Assembly: GCA_004431415.1 (NCBI GenBank) | Contig: QPMI01000671.1 | Coordinates: forward strand, 1-64,000 | From: Cyanophora paradoxa CCMP329 | Lineage: Eukaryota > Plantae > Glaucophyta | DNA length: 64,000 nt | Direction of reading: 5' to 3' | In this document: in pieces, positions 31,463 to 44,842 of the stretch | Position numbering within the stretch: position 1 is the stretch's first letter | How the letters are laid out: every line of letters starts with the position of its first letter | Program-made: the position numbers and the translations under genes | Notes under the pieces: model-generated | Database searches by the model: none | Seen by the model: only the letters and a program-made list of their open reading frames with translations | Told to the model about the DNA's origin: nothing

Positions 31463-34400
31463 TCAGGCGTGCTGGGGTTCCGGAGCGACGGAGGAGGAGC
31501 GCTCGCGGATGAGGCTCGGGGCGGCGTAGCTCGAGGCGCGGGCCGAGGGCCGCTTCGCCGCCTTCCCCTCCGCCGCCCGCGCCGTCGGCGTCGCCCCCAT
31601 CTCGCTCGGCAGGTCCTCGTTCATCTGCCCCCGCGCGCACGCGCCGGCCGCTCAGCCGGAGGGGGGCGGGGCGGGGCGGGGCGGGGCGGGGCGGGGCGGG
31701 CGGGGCGGACGATGAGGGCGCGGCAGGTGCGGGCGTAGTAGGAGTCGGCGGCCTCGGCGAACATGAGCTCGGCGCCGTGCAGCTTCTCGGCGCGGGCGAG
31801 GGCCGCCTCGATGCCCCGCCCCTCCACGTGCGCCGCCTCCAGCAGCATCGCCAGGCCCCGGTCCCGCCGAGACCCGAACCGCGCCTCCTGCCCCGCCCCC
31901 GCCCCGGCCCCGGCCCCGCCGCCCCGAGCTCCGCGTCCCGCGGGCGGCGGCCTCGGCGGCGGCGAAGCGGCGGCGGGCCTCGGGAGGCGGTTGCGGGCGG
32001 AGGCGGCGAGGCCGCGGGCGAGGTGGATGAGGGGGCGACGAGGGCGTGGCGCCTGAGGGCGTCGAGCTGCGCGGCGAGGGCGTCGATGGCGCGCAGGATG
32101 GCCTCCCGCGTGAGCAGCAGGCCCCCCGCCGAGGAGCCGCTCTGCGTGCTCGACCGCCGCCGCCCCAGCGGGTGCGCCCCGCCCCGCGACAGCTTCCACA
32201 CGTCGATCACCTCCGGGCCCTTGGCCCCGCCCGACGCGTCCAGCGGGGGCGACTCGGGGAGCAGCGGGGCGGTCTCGCCGGCGGGGCCGGCGGCGGAGGG
32301 CGGCGGTGGGGGCGCGGGCGCGGGGGCAGGAGGAGGCGGGCGGCGGGGTGGGCGGCGGGGGGCCCGAGGGAGAGGAGGCCGGCGAAGAGGACGAGGAGGA
32401 GGGCGAGGAGGGGCTCGGCGAGGAAGAAGGCCCCCGGGGGCACCTCGCGCGCCAGCCCCGCCGCCTCGAGGGCCACCCGCAGCACCTCCTGCTCCTCCCA
32501 GGTGCGCGCGCACAGGCCCCCCGAGCGCACGAGGGCCGTCGCGTAGACGGCGAGGAAGGCGAGGCGGTAGGGGGCCCCCACGGCGGCGATCGAGTGCAGC
32601 TGCAGGAAGGCCTCCATCGCGTCCACCACCTGGGGCGCCCGGTCCTGCGCGGCCGCCTCAGCGCGCGCCGGGCGGGGGCGGGGCGGGGCGGGGCGGGGCG
32701 GGCCATGGCGAGCATGAGGGAGCCCCAGGCGGCGACGCCGGTGGTGCGCTGGAAGTCGTCGGCGAGGTCCACGTGCTTCATGCTCCGCTCCATCGCCCGC
32801 TGCAGCTGCAGCGCCGCTGCGGGGGGTGGGGGGGGGGGGGGGGGGGGTCAGGGGCGGGGAGGGGGGCGCGGAAGGGGGCGGACCGTGCATGAGGCGCTCG
32901 GTGCCGTAGCCCGGGGAGCGGGGGTGGAGGACGGCGGAGACCATGCCCTGGAGGAAGGCGTCGCGGACCGACTCGGAGCGCGTCGTGATCTCCTCCCAGC
33001 TCGCCACGATCGACTGCGCCACGCGGAACTCCCGCGCCGCCACGAACGGCAGCGCGATCGACTCCAGCACGTCGCTCCAGCACTGCGGCCGGTCGATCTC
33101 CGCCGCCAGGCTCCACGCCAGGCGCGCCCAGCGCGTCGCCTCCACGGGCCTCGCGCGGAAGGCGAGCAGCGCCGACCAGGTGCCGATGGCGACGGCGAGG
33201 ACGTCGTAGGGGACGCCCCGCGCCTCGCGCTGCACGCACGCGCGGAAGAGCGCCGCCGCGGCCGCCGCGTACGTCCCCGCGTCGCCCGTCACGAAGCTCG
33301 CGTAGGCGAGGACGTGCAGCAGGCGGCACTCCTCCCCGTCCTCCGCCGTGAAGGCCGGCCCCGCCCCGGCCCCCTTCTTCTGGTTGCGGGCGATGAGCCT
33401 GTGGAGGTCGGGGGGCCGGGAGAGGAGGGTGCGCCAGTAGGCGACCCCGACGCGGGCGGCGCGGACGAGGCCCGAGACGGGGAGGGTGCGGTGGAGGAGG
33501 CGGAGGCCCTCCTGGCAGGCCCCCGCCGCCTCCCGGAAGAGGCCCTGGCGGCGGAGGACCTGGGCGCGCGCGCGGCTCCAGCGCGCCCGCGCGAGGCGGC
33601 GCTCGCCGCCCTCGCCGGCCGTCACGCGGAGGAGGTCCTCCAGCAGGCGCGACGCCTGGGCGCACGCCGTCAGCCCTCCATCTAGAGCTGGCGCAGGCGG
33701 CCGTGCCGGGCCTTGCCAGGGCGGGCGGACCTCGAGGTTGGCGCACGCGTCGAAGGCGGCCCGCGCGCACCGCTCGAGGTAGCCCGTCGCGCGCCTCTCC
33801 TCCCCCGAGTGCACGAGGTGGTGCACCAGCACGTTCAGCTGCGCCAGCCGCGGCGAGTCCAGCGCCGACGTCGGCTCCTCCCCCGCGTCCCAGTCGTCCT
33901 CGGGCGGGGGCGCCTGCGGGGCGCGCCCCGCGGAGACGTAGCGCTGCTCGTGGTACGAGGCGAGCGCGGCGTGCATCTGCCGCCGCTCGCTCACGCTGAG
34001 GAGCCCGTAGGCGACCTGGGGCGGGGCGGGTGAGGGGCCGGGGCGCGTGGCCGGGGCGGGGCGCTGCGGCGGGCAGGGACCTCCTGGAAGGCGCTGTGGA
34101 CGAACTCGAATGCGCGCGCCTGCGACGCCCCCTCCTCCTCGTCCGCCGCCTCCCGCTGCCCCGGCGCACCCTCGCTCGGCGCGGGGGCGGACGCTGGGGG
34201 CGGGGCGGGGGGCCGGGGCGGCGGGGCGCACGACGATGTCGGCGTCGGCGAGGGCCTGGATGTCCGCCCCGATCTCCCCCTCCAGCGCCCCCACCCCTCG
34301 GGGCCGCCTGCTGCCCGCCGGCCCCCGCAGCATCGCCAGCGCCGCCGCCGCCGCCGGCGACGAGGCGTGCGCCCGCGCCGTCTGGCTGCCGGCGGGGCCG

Positions 34401-37400
34401 CGCAAGGCCGCCGTGAGGCGCGGGTGGATGCAGAGGACCTGCGCGCGCGTGAGGCGGGCGGGGGTGCGGGCGGGGGGGGGCGGGGGGGACCTCGCGGGCG
34501 GTGAAGCGGAGGCCGGCGACGGCGGCGAGCTTGAGGGTGAGGGACTGCGAGGCCGAGAGGCGGTCGAACTTGGGGCAGAGCGCCGCCCGCACCGCGTCCC
34601 CCGGCTGAAGGAACGGCCGCAGGCTCCGCTTGACGACGAGGTTGCCCGAGGGGCGCTCGAGCTCGACGAAGCCCTGCTGCAGGATGGCGAGGGCGACGTG
34701 CACGACGAGGAAGGGGAAGCCCGTCGTCTGCGAGTAGACGAAGTTCGCCACGGGGCGCGGCACGAAGCTGCAGCCCAGCGCCGCCGCGGCCAGCGCCGCC
34801 GTCTCGCCCTCCCCGAGGGGCCCGAGGGTGACGCGCGAGACGACGTCGATCTTGGCGAGGCGCTCGAGGGCGCGGGCGGCGGCCGGCTCGGAGGGGGCCG
34901 GCGGCCGGGTGGAGGTGAGGAGGAAGAGGCGGCTCTCCGGGGCGTCGGCGAGCTGGAGGGCGAGGTCGAGGAGGACGGACCAGGACTGCGAGTCGGCCCA
35001 GTTCATGTCGTCCAGCACCACGCAGAGCGGCAGGCCCGTCGCCGCCCGCCGCAGCAGGATCCGCACCATCAGCGCCCGCAGCGCGCTCCCCCGCGCCTCG
35101 AGCGTCCGCCCGTCCCCGACGGCCGCCTCGTACTGGCTCATCTCCTGCGAGGCGGTGACCGAGGAGGGGACGCCGAGGAGCGAGCTCGCGAGGACGGAGC
35201 CGGTGCCGGCGACGGAGCCGCCGGCGAGGAAGTCGGAGGGCTTGCGGGGGAGGCGCGCGTGCGTGCCCGCGTGCGAGGGCCCGCCCCGCGCCTCCTCGAG
35301 CGCGCTGCCGGCCGCGTGCGAGTGCAGGTCGCTGTGCTTGCGGGCGAGGGCCGAGGGCGGGGCGGCGAGGGCGCGGGCCCCCGGCGTGGCCGGCTCGTCG
35401 AGCAGGGTGGGGACGGTGGCCTGGGAGACGCCGGAGAGCTGGCGGGGGAGCACGCGGCGCCTGGCGGGGGCCTTGCGGGGCGGGGCGCCCGGGACGCCCA
35501 CCCCGGCGTCCGAGTAGTGAGAGGAGGCCGCCAGCGAGGCCAGCGAGCCCGTCCGCCCGAAGCCTCCAGCCCCGCCCCGGCCCCGGCGGCGACGGAGCGG
35601 GCGGCGACGGAGCCGGCCGAGTCGCGGCGGGCGGCGTTCGAGTCGCGGCGGAGGCCGGTGAGGGCCGTGGAGGCGTCCGAGCCGCGCCGCGCCGTTCTCG
35701 CGTCCACCTCCACCCAGCGCATCGTCGCCCGCGCGCGGTACCCGGCGCGCCCCGCCCAGGCCCCGCCGGGGAGGCCGGCTCGGGGCCGGCGGGCGGGTTC
35801 GGGGAGAGCATGAAGGGGTTGGGGATGCCGGCCGGCGTGGCCGGCGCCAGCGTCGGCGAGGGCGTCGGCGAGGCCGGCGGCGACTCGGCGCGCGCGCCGG
35901 CCGCGAGGCGGTTGGGCGGCGACCGGTTCGTGTCCGACCCCCCGGCGGTGGGGGCCGGCGAGGGTGAGCGCGCCGGGTCGGCCCGCTCCACGTGCCGGCT
36001 GAGGGCGACCTGGGGGCGGGCGGGGCGGGTGAGGGGGCGCGGGGAAAGCGGCGGGGCGGGGGGCGGGGCGGGGCAGACGGAGTGGTCGTCGGAGGGGTCG
36101 AGGTGGAGGAGCTGGACGAGCATCGGCAGCAGCTCCACCTGCGCCCCCGCCCCGCCTCAGCGCGCGACGAGAGGCAGCGTCGCCTGCGGCCGGGCGGCGG
36201 CGCGCCTCCTCCTCGCTGGCCAGGGGCCCCATCTGGAGGATGTGCAACGGGAAGAGGGCCTGGAAAACACCGCGCCACACCTGCGCCCCCGCGCCTCATT
36301 CAGCACAGAAGGAGGAGACGCGGGGCGGGGCAGGGCGGACGTGGTAGGGCTGCTTGGAGAGGGCCGAGCGCGCCGAGGAGGCGACCACGGAGATGCTGCG
36401 GGGAGGTGAGCGGCCGGCGGGGGCGGCGGGGGCGCGACGGGGGCGCGGGCGCGCCTGCCCTGCTCGGCGAGCTCGACGGCGTGCCGCACGAGGGTGCTCT
36501 TGCCTGGGGCGGGGTCGGCGGCGCGGGCGGAGGCGGCGGGCGCTGGGGCGGACCGTAGCCGGAGGGGCCCTCGAGGACGAGGACGGAGGAGGCGGCCTGC
36601 TCGTCCACGCCCAGCGCCGACTGCACCCCCGAGCGCCCCGACCGGTGCGACGTGCCCCCCGCCGTCCGCACGCCCCCGCCGTACTGCGACTCTGCCCCGC
36701 CCCGCCCCCGCTCGGAGGCCGCGGGGCGAGAAGGGTGGGGGCGGGGGCCGGGGACGCACGGGGCTTGGGGCGGGAGCGGGCGCTCTTGGAGTAGGACATG
36801 GCGTCGAAGTCGGTCGGCTTGCGGCGGGCGAGCGCCTGCAGCCGCACGGCGATCTCCTCGGCCTCCCGCTCCCGCCCCACCAGCCGCAGGCTCGAGGCCG
36901 CCGGCCCGGGTGCCGGCCCCGGGGCGGCCGCCCCCGCGGGGTTGGTGACGCGGAGGGTGGGCGCCGGGGGGCCCGGGGCGATGGAGACGCGGCGGGCCTG
37001 CGAGGCGCGGCGGCCGCCGGCGGCCGGCCCGAAGGCCTGGACGGTGCCCATGCCCTTGAGCTCGTGGGAGCCGGCGGGGGCGAGGGGCATGGTCCAGGAG
37101 GCGCGGCGGTTGAAGGTGGCGTCGTCGAGGAGGAAGCCGGCGTCCGTCTCCGCCGCCTTGCCCATCAGCCGCGCCGCCCGGTTCACCGCCGACCCGAACA
37201 CCGAGAACTCGCACCGCGCCCGGCTCCCCACGAACGTGCAGTAGACGAGGCCCGACGCGATGCCGATCGCGCAGCGCGCCCCCTGCGCCCGCATCGCCGC
37301 CACCGTGTCCGCCGCTGCCGCCCCCGCCCCTCGGCACGCGGGCGGGATCTCAGGGGGGAGGGGCGGGGGGCGGGCACCGCAGGCAATGGAGCGGGCGGCG

Positions 37401-39653
37401 TCGTCCTCGTGGCCCATGGGGAAGAGGCCGAAGACGCCGATGAAGACGAGGCCCTTGTCGTCGAGGAGGCACTGGCGGAGGGAGCCCTCGTGGGCGTAGA
37501 GGACGGCCTGGAGCGTCTGCACCGTCCGCTGCACCGTCTCCGGCGACATCTCGAGGTCCTGAAGCTTCAGGAAGAGGACGGAGACGGAGCGGAACTCGGA
37601 GATGAAGCGCGAGACGTCGTGCCCCGCCGCCCCCAGCGCCCCCCCCGAGGGCGGCCGCGTCTCCTCCCGCCCCTCCTCCGCCCACCACTGCCTGCGGGAG
37701 CGTCGGCCGGGAGGGGCGCGCCCTCGGGGGGGAGCGGGGGGCACCGGACGTGGTCGAGGCGGGAGCGGACGGCGTAGGGGACGAAGAGGAGGAGCTGGTC
37801 GACGAGCTCGTCGGAGAGGGCGAGGGGCGGGGGCGCCTCGGGCGCCCGCAGCTCGGCCTCGAGGAAGGGCGCCAGGTCGTGCGCCACCGCCGCCCGCAGC
37901 TCCCCCGAGAGCACCAGCAGGCCGCCGTACCGCTCCAGCCGCCCCCCCGCCCCCGCCGCCGGCGAGTCGAAGGGCGCGAAGCGGAGGGCGGCGCCGAGGG
38001 AGAAGCGGCGCTTGGAGCGGGCGGCGGGGCCGGCGGGGGCGAGGGGCGTGGCGGGCTCGCGGCGGGCCTCGGCGAGGGCCTCCGCGATGAGCTCGGCGGC
38101 GGGGCTCGCCGGCGTCCCCGCCGCCTCCCCGGGGCCAGCCGCAGCGAGGCGCTCGCGCTCGAGCGGCCCGTCCCCGGCGAGCCCTCGTGCCGCCCCCCGG
38201 CCCTGGCCCCGCCCCACGTGCGTGCTCTTGCGCCGCTGCCGCAGGAAGGCGGAGCGGGGGAGGAACTGCGGGCGGGGGGCGTCAGGGCGGGCGGGGGCCG
38301 GGGCGGGGCGGGGCGGGCCTGGAAGACGGAGTCGCAGACGGCGACTTCGCCGGGGCCCCCGCGTGCAGCGCCCCGCTGCGCCCCCGCCCACGCCTCAGCC
38401 CCGCCCCCCTGCCCGCCCCGCCCGGCCCCGCACCTCGCCTCCTCCACGGGCTCGCCGGCGACGAAGTAGGACATGCGCCCCGGCACCACCCGCCCGCTCC
38501 CGTCCACCAGCGCGCTCGCCACCTGCCACCGCCCCGCACCCCTCTCACGCCCCGCGAGGTGGGGGCGGCGGGGGCGGCGGGGCGGGCCTTCTCGCCGGGC
38601 TCGGTGCCGAAGGCCTCGTGGGCGCCGGGCACGAGCGGGGCCATCGAGCCGCCGTTGAAGACCGTGCCGGCGCCGCCCCCCGCGGCCGCCCCGGGGCGCT
38701 GCACGGGGCGCGCCCCGATCCCGACGAAGTACTCGGCCACCCGCCCGCACGCCACCGCGATCCGCAGCTTCATCCCGTGCGCCATCGCGTGCTGCCGGCC
38801 CCAGCGGCCCCGCCGGCGAAGGCGTCAGCGGCGTGCGGCCCGGGCGCGCCCCGGGGCCCTCGCCGTCTCACCTCCTCGAACTTGCGCTGGACCTCGAGAG
38901 AGCATGTGAGGGCGCGGGCGCAGAGCTTGCTCATCTCTGTGGCGTCCATCGGCTCCTCCTCTTCCTCCTCGAGGGCGGCGGGGCCCTGCGGCGCGCCCGG
39001 GCCTCGGCGGCGCGCCCCGTGCGGGGGGCGCGGGGGGAGGGGGCGCACGTCGGGGTCGGCCTGGAGGGCCTCCGGGCTCGTCCAGTAGCACAGCAGGCCG
39101 TCCCCCGTGAAGCTCACGACCTCCCCCCCGTACTCTGCCCCCGCCCCCCTCAGCCCGCCCCCACGCCGCCCCCCCCCCCCCCCCCCCCCCCCACCTCCCG
39201 CCCCGCCCCGCCCCGGGGCCGCGCACCCTGCACCACCTCGATCTCGCGCGAGAAGGCGAGATTCACGTGGTCGCTGCGCGTCCCCGCCCCGCCTCAGCAA
39301 GCGCCCCGCGCCGGCGCCGGCGCCCGGGACAGCGGCCCGCGCGCGGGGCGGACCACAGGGACTCGATCTCGTCCTCCTTGCCCGAGTAGCGCTCGCAGAG
39401 GGAGGTGAAGCCTGAAATATCCAGTAAAACTACCACACAGGGCATGCGGGGCCTGCGGGGCCGGCGGGGACGGTGCAGTCAACGCGGGCGGGGAGGGCGG
39501 GCGGGGCGCGGGCGTCGCGGCGCACTTGGCGGCTCGGGCCCCCGAACAGTACTCAATGACGGCACGGGGAACGAGGGCCCGCGACACAGCGAGGAGCCCC
39601 GCCGGGGTGCCGGGCCCGGCCGCGGGCACCCTCGACGCAGCCGCGGAGGTCAT
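31463..39653 (-). CDS. ADCY10-like: Soluble adenylyl cyclase-like protein (two class III cyclase domains + STAND-type NTPase + helical/TPR region), many exons
   Basis: C1 VVLLDISGFTSLCE and GGEVVSFTGDGLL; C2 SEFRSVSVLF, LRQCLLDDKG, HEDDAAR, FGSAVNRAARLM; LVGRERE; Walker A LEGPSGY|GKSTL; Walker B VVLDDMNWADSQSW; GFPFL; FDRLSASQSLTLKLAAVAG; FEFVH. Confidence 0.9.
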
Positions 39654-40268
39654 GCTCCCAGGTCAATCCGAGGCGATCACAGCAACTACAACGAATCCCT
39701 CATCTGCGACGTGCTTGCCGCTCTGCTGGCCGCTCCGCGGTCCCGGCTGCTCACCGCCCTGAGATGCAGAAGCAATCACAGATAGCTATAGGCCCGCCCG
39801 CACAGCACGCTCGTGGCGGCCGACTGGCGGGTGCGTTTAGAGTAGAGAAGTTGCAGCCGCTGTGTTATGGTCCGGTCCGCTCGGCAGCAAATGCGTTCCG
39901 ACACAACGAGCCGAGGGGCTTCGCGCAGATGTCCGACACAATCAGCTTGCCGAGGGGCATCCGACTTTGCCGCCCGAGGTTGCGAACTCGCGGCTCCGGC
40001 CTTCTGCAATGAGTGGTGGCTAGAGTACGCATACCCCCCGGACACCAAGATTGCCACGCCTTTTCCACGCCAGCCAGCGATATCAGCTGCTCAGGGTAGA
40101 CTTCGAAGAAGGTGGGTGTACAGTTCCAGCTCTCTGAAGCACTGCCGACCTGTTCCGCCGATCTGCGAGCGAAGTACGCGTGGAGCCGCGGCGGAGCTAG
40201 CAGGCCACAGAGAGAAGCTCTGATAGGGTTAGAACCGCGGAGCAGCTAGTCCGGAGCCGCCGGCTGGG

Positions 40269-41588
40269 ATGGCGGACGACGAGTCGGAGAGCTTGGCGGA
40301 GCACGAGCACGACGACAATGACACATCTGTGCACATGCGAAAGCTGGACACCTCGCAGGCGGGCTTGCAGCCCATTCCCAGCTCCAGAGGCTCGGCGTCC
40401 AGCAGGTGCGAAGCGAGCAGGTATCCTCGGCGTCCACCTCCCTTCCTAACCCGCCGCAGCCGAGCGCAGAGCGCGAGGAGATCGACGGCGATGGCCAAGT
40501 CGAGCTCCAAGTTCGACCTGAAGAAGTCGAAAGGCGAGCCCGGCGCGGGGCCGGCTTAGCTACGGGCCGGCGGCGGGTGGCGGCTGACGGCGGGCGGGGG
40601 CGCAGAGGCGGCGTTCAAGTCGCTGCAGGGGATCCCCTTCTACCAGATCCCGGGGAACTTCAAGCGCTTCAAGGACTCGGAGCTGCTGGACCGCTTCCTG
40701 CGCAACGCGCACGGCTACTTCACGCGCCTCTTCGAGATCGAGGCCTTCAGGGAGAGGCTCGCCAAGAAGTGCGCCGCGCGGCCCGCGCCCCGCCCCTCCC
40801 CCGCCTGCCCCGGGCGACGCGGGGGCGGGGCCAGCCCCGCGAACGCGGCCGGCCTGGAGCGCGAGGTGGCGGCGCGGCAGGCGGAGATGGAGGGGCACCT
40901 GAAGGAGATGGCGGGCATCTACGCGAGCATCATCCTCGCGCAGAGCAACTTCGAGAAGACCCAGCAGGAGCGCCTCTTCTTCGAGGCCCGCCCGCCCCGC
41001 CCCCGCCGGCCCCGCCCTGCCTGCCCCGCCGCCCCCGAGCCCCCGCCCCCGCAGACCCTCTTCGACTTCGCCAACCGCGTGCTCTACACGTGCTTCAAGG
41101 ACAAGAAGCAGTGGATCGTCATCGAGAACGAGATGGGCCGCATCTTCCGCTCCGCCAGCTTCAACCTCAGCGCCCGCAAGAACGCGGAGCAGGCCCAGAA
41201 GATCAAGGGCCACACGCTGACGAGCCGGGAGCTGTACCGGCTGCGCCACGAGGGGGACCCCGTGCAGAACAGCCGCGTGCTCGCGCAGCTCTACCCGCGC
41301 CGCTCGGGGACCTCCATCCACGCCGCCATCGCCGCCCGCTCCCCCATCATCTCCACCCTGCTCCCCACCCCCAAGGAGAAGCTCGCCCGCACCATCGCCC
41401 GGCTGCAGCAGGGGGCCGGCGGGGCGGGGACGCTGCGGCTGCAGGCGGCGGGGCCGGGCTCCTCGCTGGGGCGCTCGGCGGCCGGCTCGCCGGCCCCCGA
41501 GGAGGAGGCGCGGGAGCCCGGGTCGCCCGCCCTCCTCCCGCCCCCGTCCCCCGAGGCCCGCGCCACCTTGCCCCCGATCCACAGGTAG
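40269..41588 (+). CDS. PPP1R36-like: Protein phosphatase 1 regulatory subunit 36-like
   Basis: YASIIL..SNFEKTQQERLFFE|TLFDFANRVL...IENEMGRIFRSASFN matches the family pattern as recalled. Introns at 40534-40605 and 40986-41054, among others. Confidence 0.7.
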
Positions 41589-42378
41589 CCCCGCCCCGCC
41601 CTCCCCTCTTCCCCTGTACCTGCGTGAGCATACATGCATCGCCCCTGCGCCTGCGTGCGTTGGCGCCGCCGCGTGAACGCGTGCGGCCGCGGAACGGAGC
41701 ACATCCTCCACGCTTCCCAGCTCGTGCGGGCAGCTGCATCTGCAGCGAGATGCCCAGTGCAACGGTTTCAGTTCTGTTCACGTAATTGCAATAGCGCTTT
41801 CGGGGCCTAGGCCGCGGGCCGAGGACATACATCTCATGCAAGACCCAGTGCCACGGTGATCATGAAGGCTTCAGAATTTTGCAGACTGAAGTGCGGGCAC
41901 CTGGACAGTCTGGTGTCATTTAATGAAATTTATAATTACGTATACTCAGTGACTGCCGTATAAGCGTAGTACTACGGTAAGCTCCTGCGAATAACTAAAC
42001 ACAGAAATACGAAGAGACTGCATGAAACTGCGTACACCGGAGCGCTCAACTTGGCAATGCAGCGAGGCCTGCTTGGCTGTACAAACACGTGGTTCACGCC
42101 CGGCGGCGCCCGCCGTACTCAGAAAAAGGGGAAGAGCGCGCGGGAGGCCGCGGGGCCACGCAAAACTGATGTGCCATGATCATGAACTGGGAAAGGAGAG
42201 GGCGGAGAAATTGAAAGGGGAGCAATCATGTGGTCCTTCCAGACATACTGGAGAATGCGAGGCGAACGGTAAGCTATATAGCTGTGGCATGCTGGCGTAA
42301 GCGTGGCGAGCGAAGAAGGAAACGGCGAGTGCGGGGGGGAGGAGAAAGTGGGGCGGATGTGGCGAGAGAGGGGCGGGG

Positions 42379-43685
42379 CTAGTGCCCGCTGCGGTCGATC
42401 TCGGTGTAGAGGGCGCAGAGGGCGGAGAGCTGGGCGAGGCTGCGCTGGGCGGCGCGCTGGGCGGCCGGCCCGGCGCAGGACGGGGCGTTGGGGCGGGGGG
42501 GGCGGGGCGGGGCGGCTGGGGCCGCTGCTCCTCGGCGAGGTAGAGCTGCCCCGTGGCGCGGTCGAGGAAGGCGGCGCGCCGCCGCTCGAAGGTCCGCACT
42601 GCCACCTGCACCTCCCCGTCGCCGTGTCCACGTACGGCACCCGCAGGCAGTACATCGCCTCCCCGCCCCGTGCGCCGGCGCGTGCGGCACGAGGGCCCCG
42701 CCGCGGGCCCGGCGAGCCCGGGGCGCGCTCGCGCGGGACGGCGCCGGCGATGGCGGCAGCGTCAGGCTCAGGGCGGCCTTCGCGCGGCGGGGATCCCGAT
42801 CGCGGCTCCTGCTTGGCGCCGAGGGGCGAGGCCGGGTCGTCGCCGAGCAGGGCGCCGGCGCCGGGGGCGAGGGCGAGGGCCGGGGCGAGCGAGCACGTCT
42901 CCGCGCCGGCGCCTTCGCAGGCGCCCTCCACCGGCTCCAGCGTCGCGGGGAAGCGCGACTCGAAGAGCCGCCTGCGCGCGCGGCGGCGTCGGCAACGGCG
43001 GCCGAGGCCCCGCAACCGGCCGGCGGCTCGGCGCGGCGCACCCCAGGAGGACAAAGAAGGTGCGGATCATCGCCTGCGTCGCCTGCTGCTGGTCCGGAAT
43101 GGCGCTGCGCGACGGGCGGCCGTCGGCGCCGGCCGAGCGACGTCGGCACGCGCGCGGCCGTGCGCACCAGTGGACCTCGAAGACGCCCTCGGAGTAGGGC
43201 GCGGAGGACTCGAAGCGGAGGTAGGGCGCGGGCCCGAGGTCACGAGCTCCTCCCCATCGACGTGCTCCAGCGGCATCGACCAGACGCGCCGCGGCGCCGC
43301 CTCCTCGAGCTCGGTGGCGCCCCGCGCGACTCAAAGACGAGCACGATGCGCATCCGCGAGATGAAGAGGGTGGAGCGCTGGAGCTGGTACAGCGGCAGCT
43401 CGGCGCCTCCTCGGCCCCTGTGAACGTACACGCCGCGCCCCTGCGAGCGCGCCCCAGAGCGTCAGATGAGCGCAGGCCAAGCTAAAGGCGCAGCCATGCC
43501 AACGGCACGGCGCGCGGCGCGCGGGGGCCGCGGGCCGGCCGCACCTGATGGAAAACGTCCTCCTCGGGCAAAAGCGCGAAAGGCGGGCTGTTGTCCTGTG
43601 CGTGCCGCGACGAGCGGTGCCGCCGCTCGTTGCGCTCCGCCGTCGGAGGCGTCGGCGCAAAGGGGTTTGATAAGGTGGCCGGCAT
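42379..43685 (-). CDS. WBP2/UPF0664-like PH-GRAM domain protein, paralogue A (complete copy)
   Basis: FALLPEEDVFHQ|GRGVYV...TLFISRMRIVLV...WSMPLEHVDGEEL...RRAAFLDRATGQLYLAEE; spliced. Confidence 0.5.
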
Positions 43686-44842
43686 CTAAACGGGCTGAAA
43701 GAGGAGTCCGAGGATGCAGCAGTAGCTGGAAGACGCTCAAATGCGCTTGACGAGACCAGCTCAGCGCGCGGCCGCCGATAGGAGCGATTAGGCGCCCGCT
43801 AACTCTTTAGTAACAAGCTGCTTCCAGCAGCAAAGAATCCAGCTGCAAATGTACAGTGCAGGCTGCCGGCGTGGTGCTGCTGTAGCAGCTGTGCACACTG
43901 CACTGAGCAAAGGCGCTGCAGGCTGCAGCCTGCATGTATAGGAATGCGCCGTGCGCGGCGCATTCCTATACACGCCCAGCTGAGCATCATGAGGAAGCTC
44001 GAAGACGCTCCGACGCACTGCGGCAAGCCGAAGGGAGGCTGGAGGGGGGGGGGACATAGTCTCAGGCAGGAGCTGCTCGACGCGAACCTTTGAAACGCGC
44101 GCAAGCCTTTTGAAGTTTCGGACCATCTTGGATTGAACAGCCAATTCAAGTTACGCAAGTTGCAGAAAAATCTTGCGTAACCGACTTTAATTTTAGAAAA
44201 TGGTCTGTGGGCCGACTGTGGCCCAGACTGTGGGCCGGGCCGTCACGGCCGTGGCCCGCGTGGCCAATGGCCATGGCCGTTTCGCGACGTCGGTACTTGA
44301 ATTCATAAAAAAACCTTTTGAACGGAGCCTCGTTTGTAGTGCGCCAAATAAAATGGCGCGCCATCTTATTTTTATGGCGCACGCTTTTGAGCCATCGCAG
44401 AAAAAAAGGCGCCGGCCAGCGCAGCCGGAGCTTTGCGTTGGGGGGGCTACTACGACTCCCAGCGTATGATGCAATAGTACTATAGCTACAGGTAGCGCGC
44501 ACAGCAGCAGCCGGCAGACAGCACTGCGGCAGCGGGCGGGGCGGTCCTCACATGGCGCCCAAGAAGGGCAAAGTGGCTAAGCTAGGCGAGTCGAGCGACG
44601 CAGCAGCGGCTGCGGGAGCCGAAGAGTCGGCGGCTCGCGCAGGGCAGCTGCAGGCGCCCGCGGAACCAGTCGAAGTGCGTGTTCTCGCCGACAGCCGGCA
44701 GAACGGAGGCCTTACTACGACCAAAGGTTCGATACTCTTGAGCTGTGATGCGAAGGCGCGCACCGGGCGCCGCGCTGATGCCCGACCGCGCGTGCACCTT
44801 GCCCGTGACGCAGCGACGGTGACCATCGATCCTATCCCGCCG

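Noticed and set aside
31293-39408. Very long Arg/Pro/Gly-rich ORFs (e.g. 32778..36299, 34047..35813)
   Set aside because: Read-through of GC-rich introns or antisense shadows of the spliced cyclase gene.
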